Origin: Candidatus Methylomirabilales bacterium
GTDB taxonomy: Bacteria; Methylomirabilota; Methylomirabilia; Methylomirabilales; CSP1-5
Length of the DNA stretch: 26,076 nucleotides
Reading direction: 5' to 3'
Assembly: GCA_046758505.1 (NCBI GenBank)
Contig: JBHIAH010000033.1
Location: 1-26,076, forward strand
Both the position numbers and the translations under genes were made by a program. Below, piece after piece: positions 1 to 7,627 of this stretch (positions are counted from its first letter, which is position 1; the number at the start of each line of letters is the position of its first letter). The notes below the pieces were generated by a model. The model was given only the letters and a program-made list of their open reading frames with translations, did no database searches and had not been told where the DNA came from.

Positions 1-1
1 C

Positions 2-799
2 ATCATCAACACCCGCGACGAGCCGCATGCGGATGAAGAGAAGTACCGCCGGCTGCACGTCATTGTGGGCGACAGCAACATGTCGGAGTTCGCCACCTAC
101 TTGAAGGTCGGGGCGACGGCGGTCGTCCTGAGCATGGTCGAGGACGGGTGGGTCCGGAAGGATCTGGCGCTCGAGGACCCCGTCCGGGCGATCAAGGAGA
201 TCTCCCATGACGTCACCTGTCGCCGGAAGGTGCGGTTGAAGCGGGGAGTAGAGCTGAGCGGCGTCGAGATCCAGCGGGAGTATCTCGAGATGGCGTGGGC
301 GTATTACCAGGGGCGGGAGGCGTCGCCCCAGGTGCTGGACATCGTGGAGAAGTGGGCGTGGGTCTTAGACAAGCTGGAAGAGGACCCCTGGCAGCTCCAT
401 CGGCACCTGGATTGGGTGATCAAGATGGAGCTGATCCGGTCGTACATGGAACGGCGGAAGGTCGGATTCGAGGACCAGCGGATCTCGATGCTGGACCTGC
501 AGTTCCACGATATCAAGCGGAGCCGGGGTCTCTACTATCTCATGACGCGGGGGGAGATGGTCGAACGGTTGTGTACGGATGGCGTGATCGAAGGGGCAAT
601 GGTGGAGCCCCCTCCGACGACCCGGGCGAAGATCCGGAGTGACTTCATCAAATACGCCATGGAGCGGAACAAATCGTACGACGTCGGCTGGAGCTATCTC
701 AAGCTCAACGACCGATACCAGCGGACCATCCTCTGTAAGGACCCGTTTCAGTCGAAGGATGCGAGGGTGGAGGAGATGATTGCCTCCTCTTATTATTGA
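2..799 (+). CDS. pafA: Pup--protein ligase (PafA family), C-terminal half; 5' end lies outside the window
   Basis: Frame is open from base 2: IINTRDEPHADEEKYRRLHVIVGDSNMSE...LDLQFHDIKRSRGL...PPPTTRAKIR...LKLNDRYQRTILCKDPF...DARVEEMIAS. The GDSNMSE motif and the LKLND..QRT.LCKDPF tail fit PafA rather than its paralogue Dop. The ORF-track start at 65 is internal. Confidence 0.92.
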   Translation: MINTRDEPHADEEKYRRLHVIVGDSNMSEFATYLKVGATAVVLSMVEDGWVRKDLALEDPVRAIKEISHDVTCRRKVRLKRGVELSGVEIQREYLEMAWAYYQGREASPQVLDIVEKWAWVLDKLEEDPWQLHRHLDWVIKMELIRSYMERRKVGFEDQRISMLDLQFHDIKRSRGLYYLMTRGEMVERLCTDGVIEGAMVEPPPTTRAKIRSDFIKYAMERNKSYDVGWSYLKLNDRYQRTILCKDPFQSKDARVEEMIASSYY

Positions 800-824
800 C
801 GCAGGGGATGGGGGATCCCGTTCC

Positions 825-855
825 GGGTGGCCCGGGAGGGCCACCCAATTTTTTT
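825..855 (+). terminator. Intrinsic terminator after pafA
   Basis: GGGTGGCCC-GGGA-GGGCCACCC, a perfect 9-bp stem with a GNRA loop, followed by AA and T7. Confidence 0.85.
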
Positions 856-969
856 GCGGTGGGCGGTAGCCGTGTGGCTCGGGACGGGTCTCCGCTCGGG
901 AAAGCCTTTCGCGTCGCCGACGGCTGATTGCTGACAGTTACATTAATTCGGCTGGAAAGGAGGAGCGCG

Positions 970-2478
970 GTGGACATCGATGTGCGGGTCCAGGATGTTC
1001 TCGCCTATCGGGGGGATGCCCTGATCGTGAATCTCTTCGAGGGGGTCAAGAAGCCGGGCGGAGCGACCGGGGCTGTGGACCAGGCGTTGGGTGGCCTGAT
1101 CTCCCAGGTGATTGCGCAAGGGGAATTTCGGGGAAAGGCGGGCACGACCCTGCTCATGCATGCCCAGGGAAAGCTCAGGGCCGAGCGGGTGCTCGTCGTC
1201 GGCTTGGGGACGCAGGCGCAATTTGGGCTCGAATCGGTTCGGTCTGTGAGCGGGGAGGCCTTGCGCCTCCTCCGCCGGCATGGGTGCCGGCGGATCGGGA
1301 CGATCCTCCACGGGACGGGTGCAGGGGGTCTCGGTGTCGAGGAGGCCGCCCGGGCTATCAGCGAAGGGGCACTCTTGGGTCTCTATACCTTTGAGCGGTA
1401 TAAGAAGAAAGATGAAGATCACCAAGCCGTCCGGGAGTTCTCCCTTCTCCTCCGGGACCGGAAGCAGGTGGCCGACGTCCGTGCCTCGAGCACGACCGGA
1501 CAGATCGTCGCGCGCGCGGTCAACCTGGCCAGAGATCTGGTAAACGAACCGGCCAATACCTTGACGCCGCAGGGCCTCGCCGGTCAGGCCCAGGCGGTGG
1601 CCAAGGCCGGAAAGCTCGCCTGCCAGATCTTCGAAAGGCGGCAGCTTGAGCGCATGGGGATGGGAGCCCTCCTCGCGGTGGCACAGGGAAGTGGTCGGCC
1701 GCCAGTCCTGATCGTCCTCTCCTACCGGGGGAGGCGCGGGAAGGAGCCCGATCTGGGACTGGTCGGGAAGGGGATCACCTTCGATTCGGGGGGAATCTCG
1801 ATCAAGCCGAGTGAGGGGATGGAGCAGATGAAGGGGGATATGGCGGGCGGGGCGGCGGTCATTGCCGCGATTGGGGCCATCGCCCGGCTCACGCCGGCCA
1901 TCAATGTCACCGCCATCGTCCCCGCCTGTGAAAATCTCCCCTCCGGATCTGCCCTCAAGCCAGGGGATGTGGTTCGGGCCATGGACGGCAAGACGATTGA
2001 GGTGGTGAACACCGACGCCGAAGGCCGCCTCGTCCTCGCGGATGCCTTGTGTTATGCGCAGAAGCTCGGATGCCGGCGATTGGTGGATGCGGCCACGCTC
2101 ACCGGGGCCTGCGTGGTGGCGCTGGGGTCGGTGCGGAGCGGAGCCTTCAGCAATGATCAGGAATGGATGGACCGGGTGCGGGCGGCCGCCGAGGGGGTGG
2201 GGGAAAAGATCTGGCAGATGCCCATGGATGGAGAGTACGATGAGCAGATCAAGAGCGATGTGGCGGATATCAAGAACATCGGGGGGCGGAAGGCGGGAGC
2301 AGTCACTGCAGCCAAATTTCTGGCCCGCTTTGTCGGGGAGACGCCCTGGGTCCACCTCGATGTTGCCGGGACCACACAGGCTGATAAGGAGAAAGGATAC
2401 ACCCCGAAGGGAGCCACCGGGGTTCCGGTTCAAACCTTGATCCAGGTTGCCGTCGACCTCGCCAAAAGCAGCGGGTAA
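970..2478 (+). CDS. pepA: Leucyl (cytosol) aminopeptidase, peptidase M17
   Basis: Motifs VGKGITFDSGGISIK, MKGDMAG, NTDAEGRL, ATLTGAC, WVHLDVAGT. GTG at 970 is preceded by SD AGGAGG and is preferred over TTG 928. Confidence 0.95.
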   Translation: MDIDVRVQDVLAYRGDALIVNLFEGVKKPGGATGAVDQALGGLISQVIAQGEFRGKAGTTLLMHAQGKLRAERVLVVGLGTQAQFGLESVRSVSGEALRLLRRHGCRRIGTILHGTGAGGLGVEEAARAISEGALLGLYTFERYKKKDEDHQAVREFSLLLRDRKQVADVRASSTTGQIVARAVNLARDLVNEPANTLTPQGLAGQAQAVAKAGKLACQIFERRQLERMGMGALLAVAQGSGRPPVLIVLSYRGRRGKEPDLGLVGKGITFDSGGISIKPSEGMEQMKGDMAGGAAVIAAIGAIARLTPAINVTAIVPACENLPSGSALKPGDVVRAMDGKTIEVVNTDAEGRLVLADALCYAQKLGCRRLVDAATLTGACVVALGSVRSGAFSNDQEWMDRVRAAAEGVGEKIWQMPMDGEYDEQIKSDVADIKNIGGRKAGAVTAAKFLARFVGETPWVHLDVAGTTQADKEKGYTPKGATGVPVQTLIQVAVDLAKSSG

Positions 2479-2535
2479 GCTAGGACGCTAGGACGCCTGC
2501 AGTGCGTTCTAGCATACTAGCTTTCCAGCATCCTC
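2477..2535. repeat. Octamer-based inverted repeat between convergent genes; probable bidirectional terminator
   Basis: AAGCTAGGACGCTAGGACGC (2477-2496) pairs with GCGTTCTAGCATACTAGCTT (2504-2523), 18 of 20 positions including one G-U. The right side continues as period-8 units CTAGCATA/CTAGCTTT/CCAGCATC. Confidence 0.75.
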
Positions 2536-2539
2536 GCGC

Positions 2540-2782
2540 TTATTTGACTTCGATGGCCACACAGGTCAAGGTCTTGGTCACGCCGGTGATCGTTCGGATC
2601 TTGGACAGGACCACCCGGCCGAGGGCATCGACGTCGGACGCCTCGACAAAGGCGATGATATCGTAGGGTCCGGTCACGGCGTGGGCCATCTTGACGCCGG
2701 GAATCTTGCCAATGGCCTTCAGCGCGTTCTTGGCCTTATCCGATGCAGCTTCGATGAGGACATAAGCAGTCGTCGGCATCAC
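2540..2782 (-). CDS. Stand-alone Lrp/AsnC ligand-binding (RAM) domain protein, no HTH
   Basis: 80 aa: TAYVLIE...IPGVKMAHAVTGPYDIIAFVEA...IRTITGVTKTLTC, with the classic VTGxYD RAM motif. SD GGAGG upstream; start is GTG 2782 or ATG 2779. Confidence 0.88.
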   Translation of the reverse strand: MMPTTAYVLIEAASDKAKNALKAIGKIPGVKMAHAVTGPYDIIAFVEASDVDALGRVVLSKIRTITGVTKTLTCVAIEVK

Positions 2783-2785
2783 GTG

Positions 2786-3319
2786 TTACCCTCCCTGGTT
2801 GTCCTGTGGTTGGTTTGGCTTCGCCCCCGGAATCCAGGTGGATCCTCGCCTGGCCTCCGCGGTAAAGAGCTGTTCCTCGAGCTGCTCGATCTTGCCTACC
2901 CGCCGGGAATGCCGCCCCCCTTCGAAGGTACCGGCTAGCCATTCCCGGACGATCTCGCGGGCAAGGCCCATTCCGACGACGCGGGCCCCCATGGCCAGGA
3001 TGTTGGCGTCGTTGTGGGCCCGCGCGTACTTGGCCGAGAAGGTGTCGTGACAGAGCGAGGCGCGCGCCCCCGGGACCTTGTTGGCGACGATAGCGCTTCC
3101 GATCCCGGTTCCGCACAGGACGATCCCGCGGGGGGCCCGCCCCGTGGCGACCGCCCTGGCGACCGGAAAAACAATGTCGGGATAATCGACGGCGTCGGCC
3201 GAGTGGGTCCCGAAATCGAGGTATTCGTGCCCCAGCTCCTTGAGAAAGAGCTTGAGTTCCTCCTTCATGTGGTAGGCGGCATGATCGGCGCCAATGGCCA
3301 CGACCTCTTCTGGTCCCAT
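2786..3319 (-). CDS. rpiB: Ribose-5-phosphate isomerase B
   Basis: Motifs ADHA, DYP, CGTGIG, ANKVPGAR, HNDANIL, FEGGRHSRR. ATG 3319 has SD GGAGG; the ORF-track start at 3745 overlaps the transporter gene. About 25-30 aa C-terminal tail. Confidence 0.95.
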   Translation of the reverse strand: MGPEEVVAIGADHAAYHMKEELKLFLKELGHEYLDFGTHSADAVDYPDIVFPVARAVATGRAPRGIVLCGTGIGSAIVANKVPGARASLCHDTFSAKYARAHNDANILAMGARVVGMGLAREIVREWLAGTFEGGRHSRRVGKIEQLEEQLFTAEARRGSTWIPGAKPNQPQDNQGG

Positions 3320-3387
3320 GTTCCTGCCTCCGTCGGTCCTCACGATACTCGAATCGGCGCGCCCCGTGCAAGGGAAATCCGGAATGC

Positions 3388-4773
3388 CTATCCGTACACG
3401 AGAAGCTTCAGCAGGAGGTGCAAGAGAATGGCGCCGATGGCCAGCGGGCAGACATACCGGATGAGGAAAAACCAGAAGTGCCCAAGTCTGGGATACGCGC
3501 TTCCGTCGATCGTCCCGTGCAGGGCCTCCGCTGGGGTCCAACGCCACCCGACAAAGAGACAGAGGAAGAGGGCGCCGAGGGTGAGGGCGATGTTGCCAAA
3601 AATCGTATCCATCAGATCGAGAAACCCCATCTGGAGTACGGGCAGGCGGGAGAGGAGGAGGGAGGAGCCGGTGCTCAATGCGGCCGGGATGCCCAGGAGA
3701 AAGCTCACCGTCCCGGCGACGCAGCAGGCGCGTTTCCGGGACCACCCCTTTTCGTCTGTCAGGTATGCAACGCAGACTTCCAGGAGCGAGATGGCGGAGG
3801 TGAGCGCTGCCACCGCCAGGAGCACAAAGAAGACCGTCCCGAAGAGCCCCCCAAAGGGGATCCGGTGGAAGATCGCTGGCAGGACCACAAAGGCCAACCC
3901 GGCGCCCTCGGTCGGCTCCACTCCCGCCACGGTAAAGAGGGCGGGGAAAATGGCAAGCCCGGCCAGGAAAGCCGCGAGGGTGTCAAAGAGACTCACGGAG
4001 GCGGTGGCGGCGATCACGTCCTCTGTGTCGGAGAGATAGCTCCCGTACGTGATCATCGCTCCCATCCCGAGACTCAGGGAGAAGAAGGCCTGACCGAGCG
4101 CGGCGAGGAATGTGGCCGCGGTGACTTTGGAGAAGTCCGGTCTGAGGTAAAAGGCAACCCCCTTCGCTGCGCCGTCCAGGGTCAGGGAACGGAGGACTAA
4201 GAGGAGCAGCATGAAGAAGAGGGCAGGCATCAGAATCAGGCTCCACCGTTCGATGCCGCGCCGCACGCCCCCGATGACCACGGCGACCGTGAGGACCATG
4301 AAGAGGGCGTGGAAGGTCAGGACCGTCGGGCCATCGCCGACCATATGGGCGAATAACGACTCGGTCTGTCCGGGATTCGTCAGGGTCACAAAGGTGCCGG
4401 AGGCAGCCTTGGCCACATAGCGGAGGGTCCAGCCCGCCACCACCGAGTAGTACGACAGGATGGCAAACCCGGTGATGACCCCCAGGACACCCACGAGTCG
4501 CCAGCCGGAATCGGGAGCAGTTCGCGCGAAGGCGCCTACCGGATTGCGACGGGTGAAGCGGCCGAGACCGACCTCGGCGATCATGACTGGCAGTCCGATC
4601 AGGAGGACAATGATCAGGTAGATACATACGAAGGCGGCCCCCCCGTTCTGCCCAGCGAGATACGGAAACCGCCACACATTCCCGAGCCCGATGGCGGAGC
4701 CTGCGGCGGCCAGGACAAAGGCGACCCGCGAGCCCCAGATTTCTCGTCTGCGCTGTCCCGAATGTGGATGCAT
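3388..4773 (-). CDS. Sodium-dependent transporter, NSS/SNF (LeuT/MhsT-like) family, probably amino-acid uptake
   Basis: AAGSAIGLGNVWRFPY, GQAFFSLSLGMGAMITYGSY, EGAGLAF, TSAISLLE; about 11-12 hydrophobic segments. Confidence 0.93.
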   Translation of the reverse strand: MHPHSGQRRREIWGSRVAFVLAAAGSAIGLGNVWRFPYLAGQNGGAAFVCIYLIIVLLIGLPVMIAEVGLGRFTRRNPVGAFARTAPDSGWRLVGVLGVITGFAILSYYSVVAGWTLRYVAKAASGTFVTLTNPGQTESLFAHMVGDGPTVLTFHALFMVLTVAVVIGGVRRGIERWSLILMPALFFMLLLLVLRSLTLDGAAKGVAFYLRPDFSKVTAATFLAALGQAFFSLSLGMGAMITYGSYLSDTEDVIAATASVSLFDTLAAFLAGLAIFPALFTVAGVEPTEGAGLAFVVLPAIFHRIPFGGLFGTVFFVLLAVAALTSAISLLEVCVAYLTDEKGWSRKRACCVAGTVSFLLGIPAALSTGSSLLLSRLPVLQMGFLDLMDTIFGNIALTLGALFLCLFVGWRWTPAEALHGTIDGSAYPRLGHFWFFLIRYVCPLAIGAILLHLLLKLLVYG

Positions 4774-4969
4774 GGCCCCCCAGCGTCGGCCTCCGTGTCA
4801 GGCGTCCGTCCTCGCGTGTCGGCTGAGAAGGTGGCGGTGGGGTGAGGGAAGGAGCCCCTTCCTGGGCGGCCGGGGCCCCGGCGGGCGCTCGGCGGGGCCC
4901 GCGACCCACACGGGGTCCGGAGTCGTCCGCGGCATGGCAACGGCGGTGGCGGAGATCAATCGGATTCCG

Positions 4970-6670
4970 TCAAGGCTGAAGTCGATGGAGCAGATCCTTT
5001 GCCTCCTTGTAGGCGGGGTCGATCTCCAACGATCGCTGGACGCAGCGGATCGCTCCGAGGGTGTCTCCCACCTCTCGAAGGCAAATCGCCTTGTTGAACC
5101 AGGCCTGCTTGAGATCGCTATCGAGTTTGATGGCCTCGTTAAAGCACTCAATCGCCTCTTGATACCGCCGTTTGTTGAAAAAGCAGAGGCCCTTGTTGTT
5201 CCACGCGCTCTTGAGGCGCGCCGGATCTCGCAGCTCGTGAATGGCCTGGTTGAGGTATTGAATGGCGTGGTCGTACTCCTGCATGAGCCGCATGACCGCT
5301 CCGAACTCGAGGGACAGTTCAGCTTCGGGCGGCGGCTTCTCCCCTGCCAGCGTATGGAGGTGGGATCCGCGAAGCGAAAAGAGGGGATGCTGCAGGAGGG
5401 ACGCCTTGAGCTGGATCCTCGCGAGGTACGCGCGGACGCCGCGGGCGGCCAGAAGGGTCGAAAACTCCTCATGGAGGCTATCGGTGATAGCCCAGAGGGA
5501 CAGGTCGCTCACGAATCGCGCGCGCGCCGCCTCCCGCAGCTTTTCTCGCTCCCCGTTTGGAATGAATTTCGCCTCCAATTCGCGGTCGCTCACGACGTAC
5601 TGCCGTGCGGAAGAGAGGGTATAGGACAGGGCGGCTGGTGAAATGGATAGAAGGTTGACGATTGCCTCGAGGTCTTCCGCGGGAAGCTTCAGGCGAAACC
5701 GCTCTTCGACATGGGACGCCAGGCCGGTGGTGATCATCTGGAGGGCAAACCGGGAGGCGAGGAAGCGGAAGCGATGTGCCCCGGGGAGAAACTGACGGGC
5801 CAGATGGAGGAAGTTCTGAAAGCCCCGGTGCACGCGGTACCGGTCGAGCCTGTGCGACTTCCGGGGGGTCCGTTGGGAGGTCACCACCCCCTCCTTTTCG
5901 AGCCCCTGGAGGAGGCCGAGCACCTCCTGCGGCTGTTCCTCCACGGCCTGCGCCAGTTCGTCGGCGGTGCTCGGTTCCTGGGCGAGGAGCGCGAGGAGGG
6001 TGCGCTCCCGGAGCTTGGGATCGAGGAGGCGCTTGTCACGGAGGGTGGCGTCCAGCCGCTTGATCTCCTGGCAGATGGGGCGTGTCGCTGTCCCTCCGAG
6101 CCCTTCGAGGATGAAGTAGGCCGTCGGGCGGCGGGGGGTCGACACTGTCTGAACCCAATAGAAGCTTCCGCCGAGGAAGGCGATCCAGCGCGGGCCGGTC
6201 GGGAAGGACGACAAGGCGGTAACCGCTGCATCCGTCGATTTCTCGTCCAACAGGCGATGGTCTTCCACCAGGCGGGCGGTGATGGCGTCAGGACCGAGGA
6301 GCGCAAGGTCTTGCCGGACCTCGTCGCCCAGCGCGTGATACCAGGCAAGAGCCCTGGGGTGAAAGGGGGTGCAGGAGAGAAACAGACCTCGGAGCCGCTT
6401 CGTCTTGCGTCGCTCGCGACGGTAGCGGCGAAAGAAGCGTTTGACTTCGTCGAGGGCAACCTCCCTCGAGAGGGCGCAGCATTCGCCCAGATAGGGGGTG
6501 GCATCCTTCCGGTGCCTTACCCGGATGTCGAGGAGGGGCCCTGCCCCACTGACCTTGAGCCGCGTGCGAAGTGGAGAGAGGCCGCATGCATCAAGGACTT
6601 GACGCATCAGGAGCTCAAAGGCCTGCCCCTTCTCACGTCGAGAGGGGGCGAGAACCCTGATCCAGGTCAT
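4970..6670 (-). CDS. Multidomain protein: Mrr-like restriction-endonuclease fold, central winged HTH, C-terminal TPRs
   Basis: N-term KGQAFE..VL..CG...LDI.V......LGECC....V...EV..F...GLFLS..PF...A (Mrr_cat-like). aa ~221-280 LLALLAQEPSTADELAQAVEEQPQEVLGLLQGLEKEGVV (wHTH-like). C-term AWNNKGLCFF..RRYQEAIECFNEAIKLD / AWFNKAICL..GD..GAIRCVQRSLEIDP (clear TPRs). SD GAGGGG. Confidence 0.8.
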   Translation of the reverse strand: MTWIRVLAPSRREKGQAFELLMRQVLDACGLSPLRTRLKVSGAGPLLDIRVRHRKDATPYLGECCALSREVALDEVKRFFRRYRRERRKTKRLRGLFLSCTPFHPRALAWYHALGDEVRQDLALLGPDAITARLVEDHRLLDEKSTDAAVTALSSFPTGPRWIAFLGGSFYWVQTVSTPRRPTAYFILEGLGGTATRPICQEIKRLDATLRDKRLLDPKLRERTLLALLAQEPSTADELAQAVEEQPQEVLGLLQGLEKEGVVTSQRTPRKSHRLDRYRVHRGFQNFLHLARQFLPGAHRFRFLASRFALQMITTGLASHVEERFRLKLPAEDLEAIVNLLSISPAALSYTLSSARQYVVSDRELEAKFIPNGEREKLREAARARFVSDLSLWAITDSLHEEFSTLLAARGVRAYLARIQLKASLLQHPLFSLRGSHLHTLAGEKPPPEAELSLEFGAVMRLMQEYDHAIQYLNQAIHELRDPARLKSAWNNKGLCFFNKRRYQEAIECFNEAIKLDSDLKQAWFNKAICLREVGDTLGAIRCVQRSLEIDPAYKEAKDLLHRLQP

Positions 6671-6761
6671 GCCCCTCTCGCCTTGAACGGCGTTCCTGCG
6701 GTCGCTTATTTTTCCTCTCCTATCAGAAGATGCATGATCAGCCGCGAGTGTTTACTTTAGC

Positions 6762-6779
6762 ATATGTTCCATAACATAT
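6762..6779. promoter_or_regulatory. Candidate transcription-factor operator (perfect palindrome in an AT-rich patch)
   Basis: ATATGTT-CCAT-AACATAT inside the divergent TPR-gene/moaD intergenic region. Confidence 0.4.
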
Positions 6780-6886
6780 AGGATATAAAGCATTGTGCTC
6801 TCAAATGGCTCGCCGATCGAGATCTTTAGCCGTGTTACGTAGCATAAGGTCAAGGGGCGGGTCAAGAAGAACTTTATAGGTCGGAA

Positions 6887-6915
6887 TTGACAGAGATAGT
6901 CGCCCGTGCTAGCGT
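6887..6915 (+). promoter_or_regulatory. Sigma70-type promoter for moaDE
   Basis: TTGACA (6887-6892), 17-bp spacer, extended -10 TGc-TAGCGT (6910-6915). Confidence 0.7.
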
Positions 6916-6967
6916 AGGCGCGACTTATGAGATTTCTCGACAAGTTTCCTGGGGGGGGATGTTCCAA

Positions 6968-7222
6968 ATGCAGGTCCGGGTGAGGCTCTTCGCAGCGGCC
7001 CGGGAGATCGTGGGACGGGGGGAAGTGTCTGTCGAGCTCAAGGAGGGGGGAACGGTCGGCGAACTGCTGGAACAAGTCTTCTCCCGGTATCCTGGACTCA
7101 AGGGGATAGCCGCGTCTCTGCTGATCGCGGTCAACCGGGAGTTTGCGGAGCGGAGCGCCAAGCTCCAGGAGGGGGACGAGGTCGGGGTTATCCCCCCGGT
7201 GAGTGGAGGCAGGGATGTTTGA
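6968..7222 (+). CDS. moaD: Molybdopterin synthase sulfur-carrier subunit (MoaD/ThiS beta-grasp fold)
   Basis: VRVRLFAAAREIVG...AVNREFA.....LQEGDEVGVIPPVSGG followed by RDV-stop. ATG 6968 lies 9 nt after a G8 SD-like run; ATG 6959 is an alternative start. Confidence 0.92.
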   Translation: MQVRVRLFAAAREIVGRGEVSVELKEGGTVGELLEQVFSRYPGLKGIAASLLIAVNREFAERSAKLQEGDEVGVIPPVSGGRDV

Positions 7223-7625
7223 GATTACTGCAAGCCCCCTCTCGGTCGAGGAGGCTGTCTCGGCGGTCACCCGGAGGACGTGCGGGGCAGTGGCGACTTT
7301 TATCGGCGTCGTCCGTGAATTCTCCCGGGGGAGGCAGGTTTCGTATCTCGAGTATGAGGCGTACCCAGAGATGGCCATTTCAACGATGCGTCAGATCGGG
7401 GAAGAGGTCCGACGTAAATGGGAAATTGAACGGATCGCCATCCGTCACCGGGTCGGGCGTCTTGAAATTGGCGAGGCGAGCGTGGTCATTGCCGTCGCGG
7501 CTCCCCACCGCCAGCAGGCCCTGGAGGCCTGCGCATACGCCATTGAACGCATCAAGCAGATCGTCCCGGTGTGGAAAAAAGAGGTCTCGCCTGACGGCTC
7601 ATATTGGGTCGGGATGGGCTCGTAA
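7215..7625 (+). CDS. moaE: Molybdopterin synthase catalytic subunit
   Basis: GAVATFIGVVRE, LEYEAYPEMA, HRVGRLEIGEASV, APHR, IKQIVPVWKKE. ATG 7215 has SD GGAGG embedded in the moaD Gly-Gly codons. Confidence 0.95.
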   Translation: MFEITASPLSVEEAVSAVTRRTCGAVATFIGVVREFSRGRQVSYLEYEAYPEMAISTMRQIGEEVRRKWEIERIAIRHRVGRLEIGEASVVIAVAAPHRQQALEACAYAIERIKQIVPVWKKEVSPDGSYWVGMGS

Positions 7626-7627
7626 AG

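Noticed and set aside
2..799. Assignment as Dop (depupylase)
   Set aside because: The shared NTRDEPHAD motif is ambiguous, but GDSNMSE and the LKLND..QRT.LCKDPF C-terminus are PafA-type.
943..2433. Long antisense or alternate-frame ORFs (also 3014-4039, 5711-6760, 7934-8968, 14111-15412, 18315-19601, 19576-20712, 21714-22940, 24704-25720, 24724-25710)
   Set aside because: Shadow ORFs of well-supported genes in GC-rich DNA; low-complexity Arg/Pro/Gly/His-rich translations with no motifs.
4774..4969. GC-rich hairpins between the TPR gene and the transporter
   Set aside because: Short stems are expected at this GC content; no T tract or riboswitch consensus.
6752..6793. 13-codon minus-strand ORF MLYILYVMEHMLK as a leader peptide; GAACATATGCTA as a LexA box
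   Set aside because: No convincing SD or attenuator; the SOS-box match has only one good half-site.
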